Source of the DNA: Squalus acanthias
Taxonomy: Eukaryota
Direction of reading: 5' to 3'
DNA: 64,000 nucleotides
Assembly: GCA_030390025.1 (NCBI GenBank)
Contig: CM059438.1
Coordinates: 60,824,001-60,888,000 of the forward strand
Translations under genes and position numbers: made by a program
In this document: positions 36,952 to 48,688 of the stretch, one piece after another
Layout of the letters: each line of letters opens with the position of its first letter
Position numbering within the stretch: position 1 is the first letter of the stretch
The notes under the pieces: generated by a model
Databases searched by the model: none
The model's input: only the letters and a program-made list of their open reading frames with translations
Told to the model about the DNA's origin: nothing

Positions 36952-37123
36952 GTGAAGGTGACGGAGGAACTAGCAGCGGCCACTAGCCAGGTCGCCAAGC
37001 TGCAGCTGGAGCTCACCGCCCACCAGAAGAAGGAGATGGCGCTGCGCAGCCAGCTCGCGTCAGCACTGCAGGAGGCGGAGGGTCAAGGGCTGCGGCTCAA
37101 CAATGTGGAAGTCCAGTTAACAG
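36952..37123 (+). CDS. FKBP15: FKBP15 coding exon (VKVTEELAAATSQVAKLQLELTAHQKKE...VQLT)
   Basis: cacag| and |gtacac; conserved KVTEELAAAT and TAHQKKE. Confidence 0.96.
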
Positions 37124-37171
37124 GTACACGGGATGGCTCCAGAATCCTTGGGGTACAAATCCAGTAGTAGG

Positions 37172-37853
37172 GAAGAGAGACCTGGGGGTGTATGTACAGA
37201 AATCTCTTAAGGTGGCAGGGCAAGTTGAGAAGGCTGTTAAAGCATATGGGATCCTGGGCTTTATAAATAGTGGCATAGAGTAGAGAAACAGAGGTTATGC
37301 TAAGTCTTTATAAATCACTGCTAAGGTCTCGGTATTGTGTCCAATTCTGGGCACCACACTTTAGGAAGGATGTCAAGGTCTTGGAGCGGGTGCAGAAGAG
37401 ATTTACCAGAATGGTACCAGGGGTGAGGGACTTCAGTTATATGGAGAGACTAGAGAAGCTGGGATTGCTCTCCTTAGAGCAGAGACAATTCAGGGGTGAT
37501 TCAATTGAGGTGTTCATAATTATGAAGGGTTTTGAAGGAGTAGATAGGGTGCAACTGTTTCCACTGATGGGAAGGTCAGAAACCAGAGGATACAGATTTA
37601 AGATAATTGGCAAAAGAACCAGAGGGGAGATGAGAATTTTTTGTTAATGCAGCAAGTTATAATTTGGAATGCACTGCCTGAAAGGATGGTGAAAGTAGGT
37701 TGAATAGTAACTTTCAAAAGTGAATTGGATATGTACTTGAAAAGGAAAAATTTGCAAGGCTATGGGGCAAGAGCAGGGAAATGGGACGAATTGGATAGTT
37801 CTTTCAAAGAGCCGGCATAAGTACGATGGGCAGCCTGGCTCCTGTGTTATATG
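37172..37853 (+). mobile_element. CR1 LINE 3' fragment
   Basis: YCVQFWAPHFRKDVKVLERVQKRFTRM. Confidence 0.85.
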
Positions 37854-38421
37854 ATAGCACTTTTACAGCATGAGCAGATCAGCAAGCTTCCTGCTCCTTG
37901 TCTCATGAGCTAGGGTGCCTGGGACAACTTGGACAGCCGTCATGTCTTTATTTTGCTTCCCTCATGCTTAGGAAGCACTTGACATTTGCTTCTGTTTCTC
38001 CTTCAATCAACCTTGCTAAGCTTGGGTGGAGGCTACACAGGAATCATGGTCAGAAACAACTATGTCCAAGCCATTGCTTTACCACTGCAGTATCCTGGTG
38101 GTCAACCTGCTGCACCACTAGTGAAACTGGTTGGCACATCCCAGCGTCACCATAGCTGAGGTTGGGAATTCTGATGATTGGGGAGTGATTGTGTCCTACC
38201 CACTGTTGTGATGGTAGCCCTGTAGGTTTGCCCGTGGTGCAGCTCAGTCTGGGGTGGAGTATGGTTGGGCAGACATGGAGGTTGCAACGAGTCCATGGCG
38301 GGTTAAGCCTATGACTGGCTGTCTCAGCAGGGGGAGAGGGTTGTGTTTGGTTTGGGTAGATGCTAGGTAGCTGATTTTGTTCACCAGTAACCTGCTCCTG
38401 CTGCTCGTCTCTCTCTCTCAG

Positions 38422-38558
38422 AGCTGCAAGAGGTGACGGAACGTGCTCAGACTCGGTGCAAAGCAGAGAAACAAAGCCGCAAGCAGCTGGAGGTGAAGGT
38501 TGCCAGCATGGAGGAGGAGCTCGTGGACCTGCGAGCCGAGAAGGAGAATCTGGAAAAG
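38422..38558 (+). CDS. FKBP15: FKBP15 coding exon (LQEVTERAQTRCKAEKQSRKQLEVKV...EKENLEK)
   Basis: ctcag| and |gtagat; coiled coil. Confidence 0.95.
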
Positions 38559-39299
38559 GTAGATCGGGAGAGGTGATTAAGTGGGGTAGATCTTGGTGGC
38601 TACAGCTGTGTTTGATCCAGAATGCTTCCTTATTTGTGACGATCCTGTCTATCTAACGGTGAGAGTGCAACATGTTGTTGTAGCAGTGGGCTGTGCCACG
38701 AGATGTTGAAATGCAGCTTTATACCCATGCATTCCTGGTGACTCTACCTGATGTAGACAGGAGGCCAGCTACCCCTCCAGGAGAACTGGGGTGAGCTGCC
38801 ACCTACTCTCAAGCTGTTCTTGTCTGGGTGGCTGGTTTAAAAAAAAAAAAAGAAAGACCTGCATTTCTATAGCCCCTTTCACAACCTCAGGATGTCGCAA
38901 AGGGCTTTACATCCAATGAAGTACTTTTCTGAAGAGTAGTGATTGTTGAAATGTGGTGAAGCTTGAGAACAAGTTGCCCCTGATTTATTTGGGGAGGTTG
39001 GGGGGGGAAAAGAGAGTCAAAAAGGGGAAGAAAATGCATGTAGCGGGAGGGAGAGAATTAAATTCGCCTGATGCAGACGTTTTGTTCAATTTATTTTCCA
39101 AAGCCAGTGAATAACAAGCTTGGATTATAAAACTGAAAAAGGAATTTTTCTTAAATCAGTTTTCCAAGATATTTCAATACCAAGAGGCAAGGAAAAGTGT
39201 AGCAAATCAAGACTGGGAGGGTGGGAGTAGGAGGAGAGAAATTATACGATCTCGGCAGCTTTAGGAGGACCTTGTGGTCATTGAGTCTTCTGTGTTCAG

Positions 39300-39455
39300 A
39301 GTTTAGCGGAGAGGAAGAGGAAAGCAGTAACGGAACGACAGCGAGCGGAGGAGGAGATGGACGAAATTCGGAAATCATATGAGGTGGAGCTGGAAAACAT
39401 GCGGTCGTTGCTGAAGAAAACCCGAACATCGACTGACCAGGCCACAGCAGGGCAG
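39300..39455 (+). CDS. FKBP15: FKBP15 coding exon (SLAERKRKAVTERQRAEEEMDEIRKSY...KKTRTSTDQATAGQ)
   Basis: ttcag| and |gtaaag; conserved. Confidence 0.95.
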
Positions 39456-39932
39456 GTAAAGGGACTGACCCCGCAACACAGCGGCTGAGAGTGGGCGACT
39501 CACTCACTCGCATCCATGTCTAACGTTCCATACCACAGGCTGGGTTCAATCTACTGCTCCACGACGAGTTTCTGATCTCGACGGGGCTGAACGGGAGATT
39601 GAAATGTGCAGACAGCGGGAGGGCACTTCACCACGTGCTCGTGCCTTGTTGTGGTCAGTTACAGAGGGGCAATGCGGAGGTTTGCGCTCTCATCAGAATC
39701 TAAGCACACACTGCAAAACTGCTTTTTTATTTAACAATCACTTTGGGTAAAACCCAGACATTACCTCATCCTCCAACGTTTTATGGCTGCAAAGCAATTT
39801 TTTCCCCCCAAACAAGTCTACTACGAGACAGATGTTCTCCTGATTGCAAGATGGACTTAGATGAGGGAAGGCCACTTGTTCCATCCTGGCCCATCCAGAT
39901 AGGTAGAAAACTGATAGTTACCCCGTCAGTCT

Positions 39933-40745
39933 ATTGGAAAATGTGAGGTTATGCACTTTGGCAGGAAAAATCAGAGAGCAAGTTATTATCTTAATGGCGA
40001 GAAACTGGAAAGTACTGCAGTACAAAGGGATCTGGGTGTCCTAGTGCAAGAAAATCAAAAAGTTAGTATGCAGGTGCAGCAGGCGATCAAGAAGGCCAAC
40101 GGAATGTTGGCTTTTATTGCTAGGGGGATAGATTATAAAAACAGGGAGGTATTGCTGCAGTTATATAAGGTATTGGTGAGACCGCACCTGGAATACTGCA
40201 TACAGTTTTGGTGTCCATACTTAAGAAAAGACATACTTGCTCTCGAGGCAGTACAAAGAAGGTTCACTCGGTTAATCCCCAGGATGAGGGGGTGGACATA
40301 TGAGGAGAGGTTGAGTAGATTGGGACTCTACTCATTGGAGTTCAGAAGAATGAGAGGCGATCTTATTGAAACATATAAGATTGTGAAGGGGCTTGATCGG
40401 GTGGATGCGGTAAGGATGTTCCCAAGGATGGGTGAAACTAGAACTAGGGGGCATAATCTTAGATTAAGGGGCTGCTCTTTCAAAACTGAGATGAGGAGAA
40501 ACTTCTTCACTCAGAGGGTAGTAGGTCTGAGGAATTTGCTGCCCCAGGAAGCTGTGGAAGCTACATCATTAAATAAATTTAAAACAGAAATAGACAGTTT
40601 CCTAGAAGTAAAGGGAATTGGGGGTTACGGGGAGCGGGCAGGAAATTGGACATGAGGCTGAGTTCGGATCGGTCAAGGACCTGTGGGTGGTGGAGCGGGC
40701 CCAGGGGCTGAGTGGCCGGGTCCTGCTCCTACTTCTTATGTTCTT
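39933..40745 (+). mobile_element. Young 5'-truncated CR1 LINE with an uninterrupted ORF2 C-terminus (234 aa)
   Basis: ORF 39951-40655 (RPHLEYCIQFWCPYLRKD...RRMRGDLIETYK); TCTTATGTTCTT tail; apparent TSD AGTCT. Confidence 0.9.
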
Positions 40746-41077
40746 AGTCTCCAGCTGTTTCTCCATAAATCCCAGCTGGGCTGGGAAATGTGACTAACTG
40801 CTGCCAAATCGTGGCTCCCTGCCTTGTTATTGCACAATAATGGCCAGTGCTGAGACCCATGGTTCAGCAATATCTGGTTTCTATGGCCATACCATAATGT
40901 CCAGCAACCTTTATTGAAAGATGTTTAAGAAAATAAATTTAGATAATTAAAAGACACACTATTTTACAGATAATGCGACAACTAATTGCAATGACTAATA
41001 TTCCTGATAGCCCTTACATTTCCTTCTTCCCTCTCCACCCTAACAAATGCAATACAAAGTAGAGCTGCTCTATCTAC

Positions 41078-41727
41078 AACAGCTTGCATTTATATAGAGC
41101 CTTTAACGTAGTAAAACGTCCCAAGCACTTCACAGGAGTGTTATCAAACAAAATTTGACACCGAGCCACATATTAGGACAGGTGACCGAAAGCTTGGTCA
41201 AAGAGGTAGGTTTTAAGGAGCATCTTAAAGGAGGAGAGAGGTGTTTAGGGAGGGAATTCCAGAGCTCAGAGCCTAGGCAGCTGAAGGCACGGCTGCCAAT
41301 GGTGAAACGAGGAAAATCTGGGTGGTGGAGGCCAGAATTGGAGGAGCAGAGAGATCTAGGAGGGTTCAGAGATGGGGAGCGGAGAGGCCATGGAGGGATT
41401 TGCAAACAAGGATGAGAATTTTAAGAGGAGTTGGATCGGGAGCCAATGTAGGTCAGTGAGCACAGGGGTGATGGGTGAATGGGACTTGGTGTGAATTAGG
41501 ACACGGGCAGCAGAGTTTTACATGAGCTGAAGTTTAGGGAGGTGGGAGGCTGGCCAGTGGAGCATTGGAATAGTCAAGTCCAGAGGTAACAAAGGCATGG
41601 ATGAGGGTTGCTGAGGCAGGGGCGGAGACAACGAGGGGGACGTAGGCAGTCTTGGTGATGGAACAGATATGGGGTCAGAAGCACAGTTCAGTCAGACAGG
41701 ACACCAAGGTTGCGAACGGTCTGGTTC
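41078..41727 (-). mobile_element. L2-clade LINE 3' fragment
   Basis: Reverse complement of the family at 9386-9760 and 21200-22020. Confidence 0.8.
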
Positions 41728-42010
41728 TATCTATAGGGATGTAAATGTATTTTCTTGCATGACCCACAATTTAATAAGTCCCACTTTTAGATGTGTTATT
41801 GTGCTTGGAACCCTATGTTTTTACTCATATTTAAATAAATAAATTGCGTGTCTTCATCTGTATCTTGTGTGCACCTGTACCATGGTCTGGATGTCAGTGG
41901 GTGTGTAGTGCTGTGCATGTGTTTTATTCATGCATACCATGTCACTGAATCTACTCTGAATTTAAAACTGGAGTCTTGTTGAAATAGCTTCCCTTGTGCT
42001 TTTTTCCCAG

Positions 42011-42163
42011 ATTTCAGTGATGCAGGCAGAGCTGGAATCACAGTGGCAGGCCAAGTGCGACCGAATGCTGGCATTGGCCAAGGAGCAGCACAGTCAGCAA
42101 TATCGAGAAATCTGTGAACAGCGGGAATCTCAGCAGCATAGGGTCTCCCAGCTGGAGGCGAAG
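42011..42163 (+). CDS. FKBP15: FKBP15 coding exon (ISVMQAELESQWQAKCDRMLALAKEQH...QLEAK)
   Basis: cccag| and |gtgggt; resembles human QAELQTQWEAKCE. Confidence 0.95.
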
Positions 42164-42169
42164 GTGGGT

Positions 42170-42895
42170 GTCTGTTGGGATGGGGGAGGGAGGTGGGGTG
42201 AGGTGCCTGTAGGGATGGGGGAGGCAGGTGGGGGGCTGGTGCCTGTAGGGATGGGGGAGGCAGGTGGGGGGCTGGTGCCTGTAGGGATGGGGGGCAGGGG
42301 GGGGGGGGGGCTGGTGCCTGTAGGGATGGGGGGGGGGCTGGTGCCTGTANNNNNNNNNNNNNNNNNNNNNNNNNNNNNNNNNNNNNNNNNNNNNNNNNNN
42401 NNNNNNNNNNNNNNNNNNNNNNNNNNNNNNNNNNNNNNNNNNNNNNNNNNNNNNNNNNNNNNNNNNNNNNNNNNNNNNNNNNNNNNNNNNNNNNNNNNNN
42501 NNNNNNNNNNNNNNNNNNNNNNNNNNNNNNNNNNNNNNNNNNNNNNNNNNNNNNNNNNNNNNNNNNNNNNNNNNNNNNNNNNNNNNNNNNNNNNNNNNNN
42601 NNNNNNNNNNNNNNNNNNNNNNNNNNNNNNNNNNNNNNNNNNNNNNNNNNNNNNNNNNNNNNNNNNNNNNNNNNNNNNNNNNNNNNNNNNNNNNNNNNNN
42701 NNNNNNNNNNNNNNNNNNNNNNNNNNNNNNNNNNNNNNNNNNNNNNNNNNNNNNNNNNNNNNNNNNNNNNNNNNNNNNNNNNNNNNNNNNNNNNNNNNNN
42801 NNNNNNNNNNNNNNNNNNNNNNNNNNNNNNNNNNNNNNNNNNNNNNNNNGGGGGGGGGCGGGCTGGTGCCTGTAGGGATGGGGGAGGCTGGTGCC
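42170..42895. repeat. G-rich ~36-bp minisatellite (GGTGCCTGTAGGGATGGGGGAGGCAGGTGGGGGGCT) spanning a 500-N gap (42350-42849)
   Basis: The same unit occurs on both sides of the gap. Confidence 0.9.
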
Positions 42896-43365
42896 TTCAG
42901 TGTGTCTGTTCAAGTGTACGGGGGCTTGTCCAATGAACTGGTGCAACACCAGAGGAATCTTGTCTTCGTTTTAATTTTTTCTCCAAAAGGGGAGGAAATG
43001 TTCTCTCATGCCTCCCGTACCAGCTTGTATGCAATGGTCTGTATCGTTCCTCAGCCAGCAAATAGTATTGTATATTTGCTGCTGTGACCAGCTGTTAGGG
43101 AGCCCATCAGTGCAGTCTGCAATTACCTGCCCAACAATCCTCTCTCTCCTGGAATTGTAATTTGTAGAATGAGCAGGAACCTGTGTTCTACCTCTCTGGC
43201 AGACTGTGCTACTTGGTTGCGCTGATGCGTTTTTTGTTTTATTCTCCTTTGTTTCCCTCTTCCAAACCCCCTCAAAGAAATTCTCTCCTCTTGAAGCTGC
43301 CTAATGTTGGGGTCATGCTCCACAGATGCCAGCAGCCTTTTGTCAACACCAAGAAAGGTAGACAG

Positions 43366-43797
43366 AACTTGCATTTATATAGCGCCTTTCTCAACCTCGG
43401 TGTTCCAAAGCACTTTACAGCCGATGAAGTACTTTTGAAGTGTAGTCACTGTTGTAATGTGGGAAATGTGACAGCCAATTTGTGCATAGCAAGATCCCAC
43501 AAACAGCAATGTGATAATGACCAGATAATCGGTTTTAGTGATGTTGGTTGAGGGATAAATATTGGTCAGGACACCTGGAATAACTCCCCTGCTCTTCGAA
43601 ATAGTGCCATGGGATCGTTTGCGTCAAACTGAGGACCTGTCTGCCCTTTCAGGTGAACGTCTCATCCAAAAGATGGCACCCCGCAGTACAGCACCGGAGT
43701 GTCGGCCTATATTATGCGCTCAAGTTTCCAGAGTGGGACTGAACCCACGACCTGGCACAGAGGCGAGAGTGCTACCAACTGAGCCAAGGCCAACACA
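43366..43797 (-). mobile_element. Deu-domain SINE (SacSINE1-like)
   Basis: Reverse complement of the 56905-57358 family. Confidence 0.75.
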
Positions 43798-43953
43798 TAG
43801 GCAGGAGCAGCCATTGTTCATCTAAGCCTAGACAGTGAATGTTGGCGTCGCAGCCAAGCCTGATCCTGATCCTGTCGTTGCCTGGTCGTCATACGCTGGA
43901 GTTGTCCAGTGTGGGGGTGGGTTGGGGGCAGGGGTATCGTTGCAGGTGGCTGT

Positions 43954-44058
43954 CAATGTTCCTGAACAGGCTGCGCGGCCCATTCAATGTTTTGCACATG
44001 CGTGAAAGTGCACATTGGAAAAGCCGGTCCCGGGCTGCGCAGCTTGGAGGGAACGTTG
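43954..44058. mobile_element. hAT-type MITE (105 bp)
   Basis: CAATGTTCC...GGAGGGAACGTTG with perfect 8-bp TSD GTGGCTGT. Confidence 0.85.
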
Positions 44059-44134
44059 GTGGCTGTGTATGTGAGGAGGCTTTGTGTGGGGTGTTTAGTG
44101 TGTGACTGCACAGTTCTGGTCTCCATATTACAAA

Positions 44135-44610
44135 AAAGATATAGAGGCACTTAAGAGGGTGGAAAAAAAATTACAGATGATACCAGAACTGCGAGGATAT
44201 ATTTATCAGGAAAGACTGAACAGGGGTTCTTTTCTTTAAGGCTGAGGGGGTAACCTGATAAAGGCCTTTAAAATTATGAAGTGGTTTGATGGGGTAGACG
44301 TAGAGAAGATATTTCCACTTGCGGGGGAGTCCCAAACTAGGAGCCATAAATATTAGATAGTCACTGATAAATCCAATAAGGAATTCAGGAGAAACTTCTT
44401 TACCCAGAGTGGTTAGAATGTGGAACTTGCTACCACAGGGAGTAGTTGAGGCAAATTGCATAGATGCATTTAAGGGGAAGCTAGATAAGCACATGAGGAA
44501 GCTAGGAATAGAAGGATATGGTGATGGGGTGAGCTGAAGTGTGTGGGAGGAGGCTCATGTGGAGCATAAACACCAGCAGAGACCAGTTGGGCTATAAAAT
44601 CTATGTAACT
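44135..44610 (+). mobile_element. CR1 LINE 3' fragment
   Basis: GGAGAAACTTCTTTACCCAGAGTGGTTAGAATGTGGAAC and CTATGTAA tail. Confidence 0.8.
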
Positions 44611-44707
44611 GTGTTGGGGAGTGGGGTTGGAAGAGGGTGATGGGTATGTGTCTACATCTAAAATGCTGCTGTGTTTTCACATTGTGATTCTTTCTGCTGT
44701 TCTCCAG

Positions 44708-44800
44708 TTGGCGACATTGAAGCAGTCTCGCGACATGGAGGAAGAGAAGCTCTTGTCCCTCCAGGAACAGGCAGATGAGCTGCAGGCACTGAAGGAGCGG
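44708..44800 (+). CDS. FKBP15: FKBP15 coding exon (LATLKQSRDMEEEKLLSLQEQADELQALKER)
   Basis: ctccag| and |gtaatg; phase 0-0; heptad coiled-coil composition. Confidence 0.85.
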
Positions 44801-44961
44801 GTAATGATGCTTGCACTTACATAGCACCTTACCATGTCAAAATTGTTCAGGTATTCAACTGTGCAAGAAGCAAAGCTTTGTGTACAGCCCGGTTACCAGG
44901 TGGTGGGGGGTTGTGTGATTGGTCTGCAAGGGGATACAAAGTGGTTAAAGAGCAAAAGATA

Positions 44962-45415
44962 GAACTTGCATTTATATAGCGCCTTTCACGTCCTCAGGAC
45001 ATTCCAAAGCGCTTCACAGCCAATGAAGTACTTTTTGAAGTGTAGTCACCGTTGTGATGTAGCGAAATGTAGCAGCCAATTTGTGCATAGCAAGCTCTCT
45101 CAAACAGCAATGAGATAAGTGACCAAACTATCTTTTTTAATGCTTTTGGTTGCGGGATAAATATTGGCCCAGACACCAGGGAGAACTATCCTGCTCTTCA
45201 AATTGTATTATGGGACCTTTTACGTCCACCCGAGTGGGCAGACGGGACCTCGGTTTAAAGTTTCATCCAAAAGACGGCACCTTCGACAGTGCAGCACTCC
45301 CTTCAGCACTGCACTGGAGTGTTACCCTAAATGCTCAAGTCTCTGGAGTGGGAATTGAACCCACAACCTTCTGCCTCCGAGCTGAGGGTGTTACCCACTG
45401 AGCCACGGCTGACCC
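44962..45415 (-). mobile_element. Deu-domain SINE (SacSINE1-like), near full length
   Basis: Tail, core and tRNA-like head (GTGGCTCAGTGG, GGTTCAATTCCC on the minus strand). Confidence 0.78.
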
Positions 45416-46269
45416 CTTAATTCCCTGAGCTACACAGGCAGCAGTTGTGGTGACTTTGGAGCAGGGAGATAGTTAGGATTTGGTGTCCTATCAGATCAGC
45501 AGTTCAATCTGATGAGTTGCAGACTGTTCGCCAGGGTGGGTGGGTTGGAGTTTTGGGTACAGTATTTGGAGTAGTGGGGCATGTTACTGTAGTTTTTTTT
45601 TGCTGAAAATAAACCTGACTTTCCAGAGTCCCTTGTTTATAACCTGCGCGCTCGGTACATTACTACTGACTCATCAGCACTGAAATGTGGTTTGGAATTA
45701 ATCAGCCTCAAGTTCCAGTAACTCTCGTGTTCAGACTGGATTTCCATAAAAAGGAATGAGTTAATGGCAATTGATTTTTGAAGTGTGTATGTGCATCAGG
45801 ACGGTCAGGGCAGCTGCTTACTGTGAGGAAATAACTAGGGGCCCCAATTAGTTCATCGCCGTACTGAATGGAGATAGTTACCCTGTTGAATTGAATCGGT
45901 TACCTACTTAGTGAGAACTTTCCTCTGTTACCAGCCATTGGAAACCAGGGCCTAAAGTCACCGAGCCCTAAAACTCCATAGATGATTTTACTTCATAAGA
46001 TTGTATGCAGTGTTTATTTTGGGGCTATGGAAATGGTTCCAGGGTCACAAACTTTTTTTTTAGAATGTATCCAGTTTCAGGTTCGACACTCTCCTCGTTT
46101 GCCATTGATTGTGTTTAGACAATATGAAAGTACTTGAATGTAAACTGATGCTTGAAAGCATGTGGCAAAGGACGCATCTCGGTCCCATGCACCACTTCAA
46201 ACTCCACGCAGTAGCTGGAGGGCTGAGGTAACCCTCAGATTTGTCACACGACCAGTCCCCAACAACTGA

Positions 46270-46638
46270 GAGCTGACCTGATAGAGGTCTTTAATATTAT
46301 GAAGGGGTTTGATAGGCTAGACATGGAGAAGATGTTTCCACTTGTAGAGGAGTCCAAAACTAGGGGTCATAAATTTAAGGTAGTCACTGATAAATCCAAT
46401 AAGGATTCAGGAGAAACTTCTTTACTCGGAGTGGTGAGAATGTGGAACTTGTTACCATATGGAGTGGTTGAGGTGAATAGCATAGATGCAATTAAGGGGA
46501 GGCTCGATAAGTACATGAAGGAGAAGGGAATAGAAGGATATATTGATGGGGTGAGATGAAGTGTGGGAGGAGGCTCGTGTGGAGCTTAAGCAGGCATGGA
46601 CCTGTTGGGTTGAATGGCCTGTTTGCTGTAAATACTAT
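46270..46638 (+). mobile_element. CR1 LINE 3' fragment whose tail is interrupted by a MITE
   Basis: Similar to 44250-44610; the tail resumes as TATGTAACT at 47388. Confidence 0.8.
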
Positions 46639-47387
46639 GGCCCAGAAATTGATCTCGCTCTGTTCCCGCGGGGGTAAGCCTTCCCCGCGATGTCTCACCT
46701 CGCTTATGCTTTTTCAGATCCAGCTCGCACGAACTTGATGTTCCAGACATCAGCTGTGCTGGGCTTGCGTATCCCAGCGGCGTAGTGAATTCGTGCGAGC
46801 TGTGGGATCACGTGACTCAGTTAGAGCCAATGGCAGCACACCATCTTCCATTCATAAGTCTCACAGCATGGCTGTGAAATCTATGAATCTTACACCCCCC
46901 CAAAATAACAGCTAAACCTCAATTAAATTAAAAAAAAAACCCATCACATTAATAAAATAAGTATAGTTAATTAAATTAACCATTTTAAATAAAAAATTAA
47001 ATTTTTGAAAAAATTTAAAATCTTTTAAAAAGTTATAAAAATAAACTTACCTGTCTTTAAAGTCTCTAAAAAAAAAGATATACCTGTAAAAAAAAAAATT
47101 CAAAAAAATACTTAATTCACTACTTACCTTCTTAAAAGCGGGTCTTACTCCTCCTTTTTACATTTCCAAAATCTTCCCTACTTACCTGCGCGTCCAAAGC
47201 ATGAAGTGCACAGCGTGCGCGCAGCCTGTAGCGCGCACGCGATGCACCCAGGCCCCGCCCCCTTTTCAGAAGAGCAATTGCCGGTTTTCAGCGCATGCGC
47301 AGGGCATGCAGAAAACCGGCAATTGGAGTGGGAATACGCGAGAGTACGCAGTGCGTACTCTCGCGTCCCGGGATCAATTTTTGGCCC
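46639..47387. mobile_element. Non-autonomous DNA transposon (MITE, PIF/Harbinger-like), copy B
   Basis: TIR GGCCCAGAAATTGATCTCG...CGGGATCAATTTTTGGCCC (16/19 match); 3-bp TSD TAT. Confidence 0.82.
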
Positions 47388-47624
47388 TATGTAACTGATG
47401 GCGGTGATTGGATGACCATATCAAAGCACTTGGAGAATGAGTGAGCACCTTCACCACTAGACTAAGCAGCACACTTGCCAGCAGTGTTTGCACTGTAATG
47501 GTGCTCAACTGAGCAGGAGTAGACTCTGCCTCTCTTGATCTCTTCCCTCTTCCCTCCTCCACCACACTTAAAATTATTGTGTGATTTGGGTCTGAGTGGT
47601 ACAGAGAACCAAGAAGTCATTGTC

Positions 47625-47674
47625 AGTCATAATGGCACAGAAGGAGGCTATTCGGCCCATCGAGTCCGGGGCGG

Positions 47675-47720
<46 letters not shown>

Positions 47721-48222
47721 GTCAGTCCCATTCCCCCACTCTGTCCCTGTAGCCCTGCAAGTTTATTTCCCTCAAGTGCCTATCCAGTCTCCCCTTCAAA
47801 ACATTGCATGTCCGCTTCCATCGGCAGCAAGTTCCAGGTCCTCACCACTCGCCACGTAAAAAAGTTTTCCCTCACATTTCCCCCCCCTGGATCTCTTGCC
47901 CAAAACCTTAAATCTGTGTCTCCTAGTCCTTGTACCATCAACTAGTGGGAACAGCCTTTCCCCGTCTAGCCTATCCAAACCAGTCATAACCTTGTACACC
48001 TCTATCAAATCACCCCTCAACCTCCTTTGCTCTAATGAAAACAAATCCAGCTTCTCCAACCTGTCCTTGTAGCTAAGATTCCCCCATCCCCAGAACCATT
48101 CTGGTGAATCTCTGCACCCTCTCAAGTGCCTTTACATCCTTCCTAAAGTGTGGGTGACCAGAACTGGATGCAATACTCCAGTTGTGGCCTAACCAGCGCC
48201 TTATAAAGGTTCAGCATAACTA
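47625..48222 (-). mobile_element. CR1 LINE 3' fragment, very similar to the 35053-35840 copy but inverted; contains (CT)n
   Basis: KLDLFSLEQRRLRGDLIEVYKVMTGLDRLDGERLFPLV is nearly identical between the two copies. Confidence 0.85.
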
Positions 48223-48688
48223 TATAATCTAATCTATACAACATCTCATCACATCAAAATTCCACAAAGTGCTTTGTGCCATGAATTACTTTTGAAATGC
48301 AGTGACTTATGTAGGCATTGCAGCAGTCGTTTTGCATTTCAAATGTCCCAGTAATGAGATGAATGGTTAATCCAACTGCTCATAAAGCTATGGCCCTTGA
48401 ATAACATGATGGCGTTGAGAATAGGATGATTGGGTGCTGTGATCAGGTAGAAACCCCTCCGCTCTGAGACACGAGATTGAATCCTGCCCTGAGTGATTAG
48501 ATGAAAGTCATCTCTCTGGTTATGAAGAGACACTGGAGCAGTCTTAAACCAGTCCCTTTAGTGGGCATGGGTCCGCAGTGTCTAATAGGCAGTCCAGTGC
48601 TAGTTTGTCCCACAACCTAGGACAGCTTTTGTGGGAAATGAAGATGTTACACAAGTGCATTCTTGAGTGCTGTGCCTGTGTGTTTCAG

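Noticed and set aside
39951..40655. Independent protein-coding gene
   Set aside because: It is the C-terminus of CR1 ORF2, lacking the RT catalytic core and any promoter.
41996..43087. 363-aa and 303-aa ORFs
   Set aside because: Artefacts of reading through one real exon, a minisatellite and a 500-N gap.
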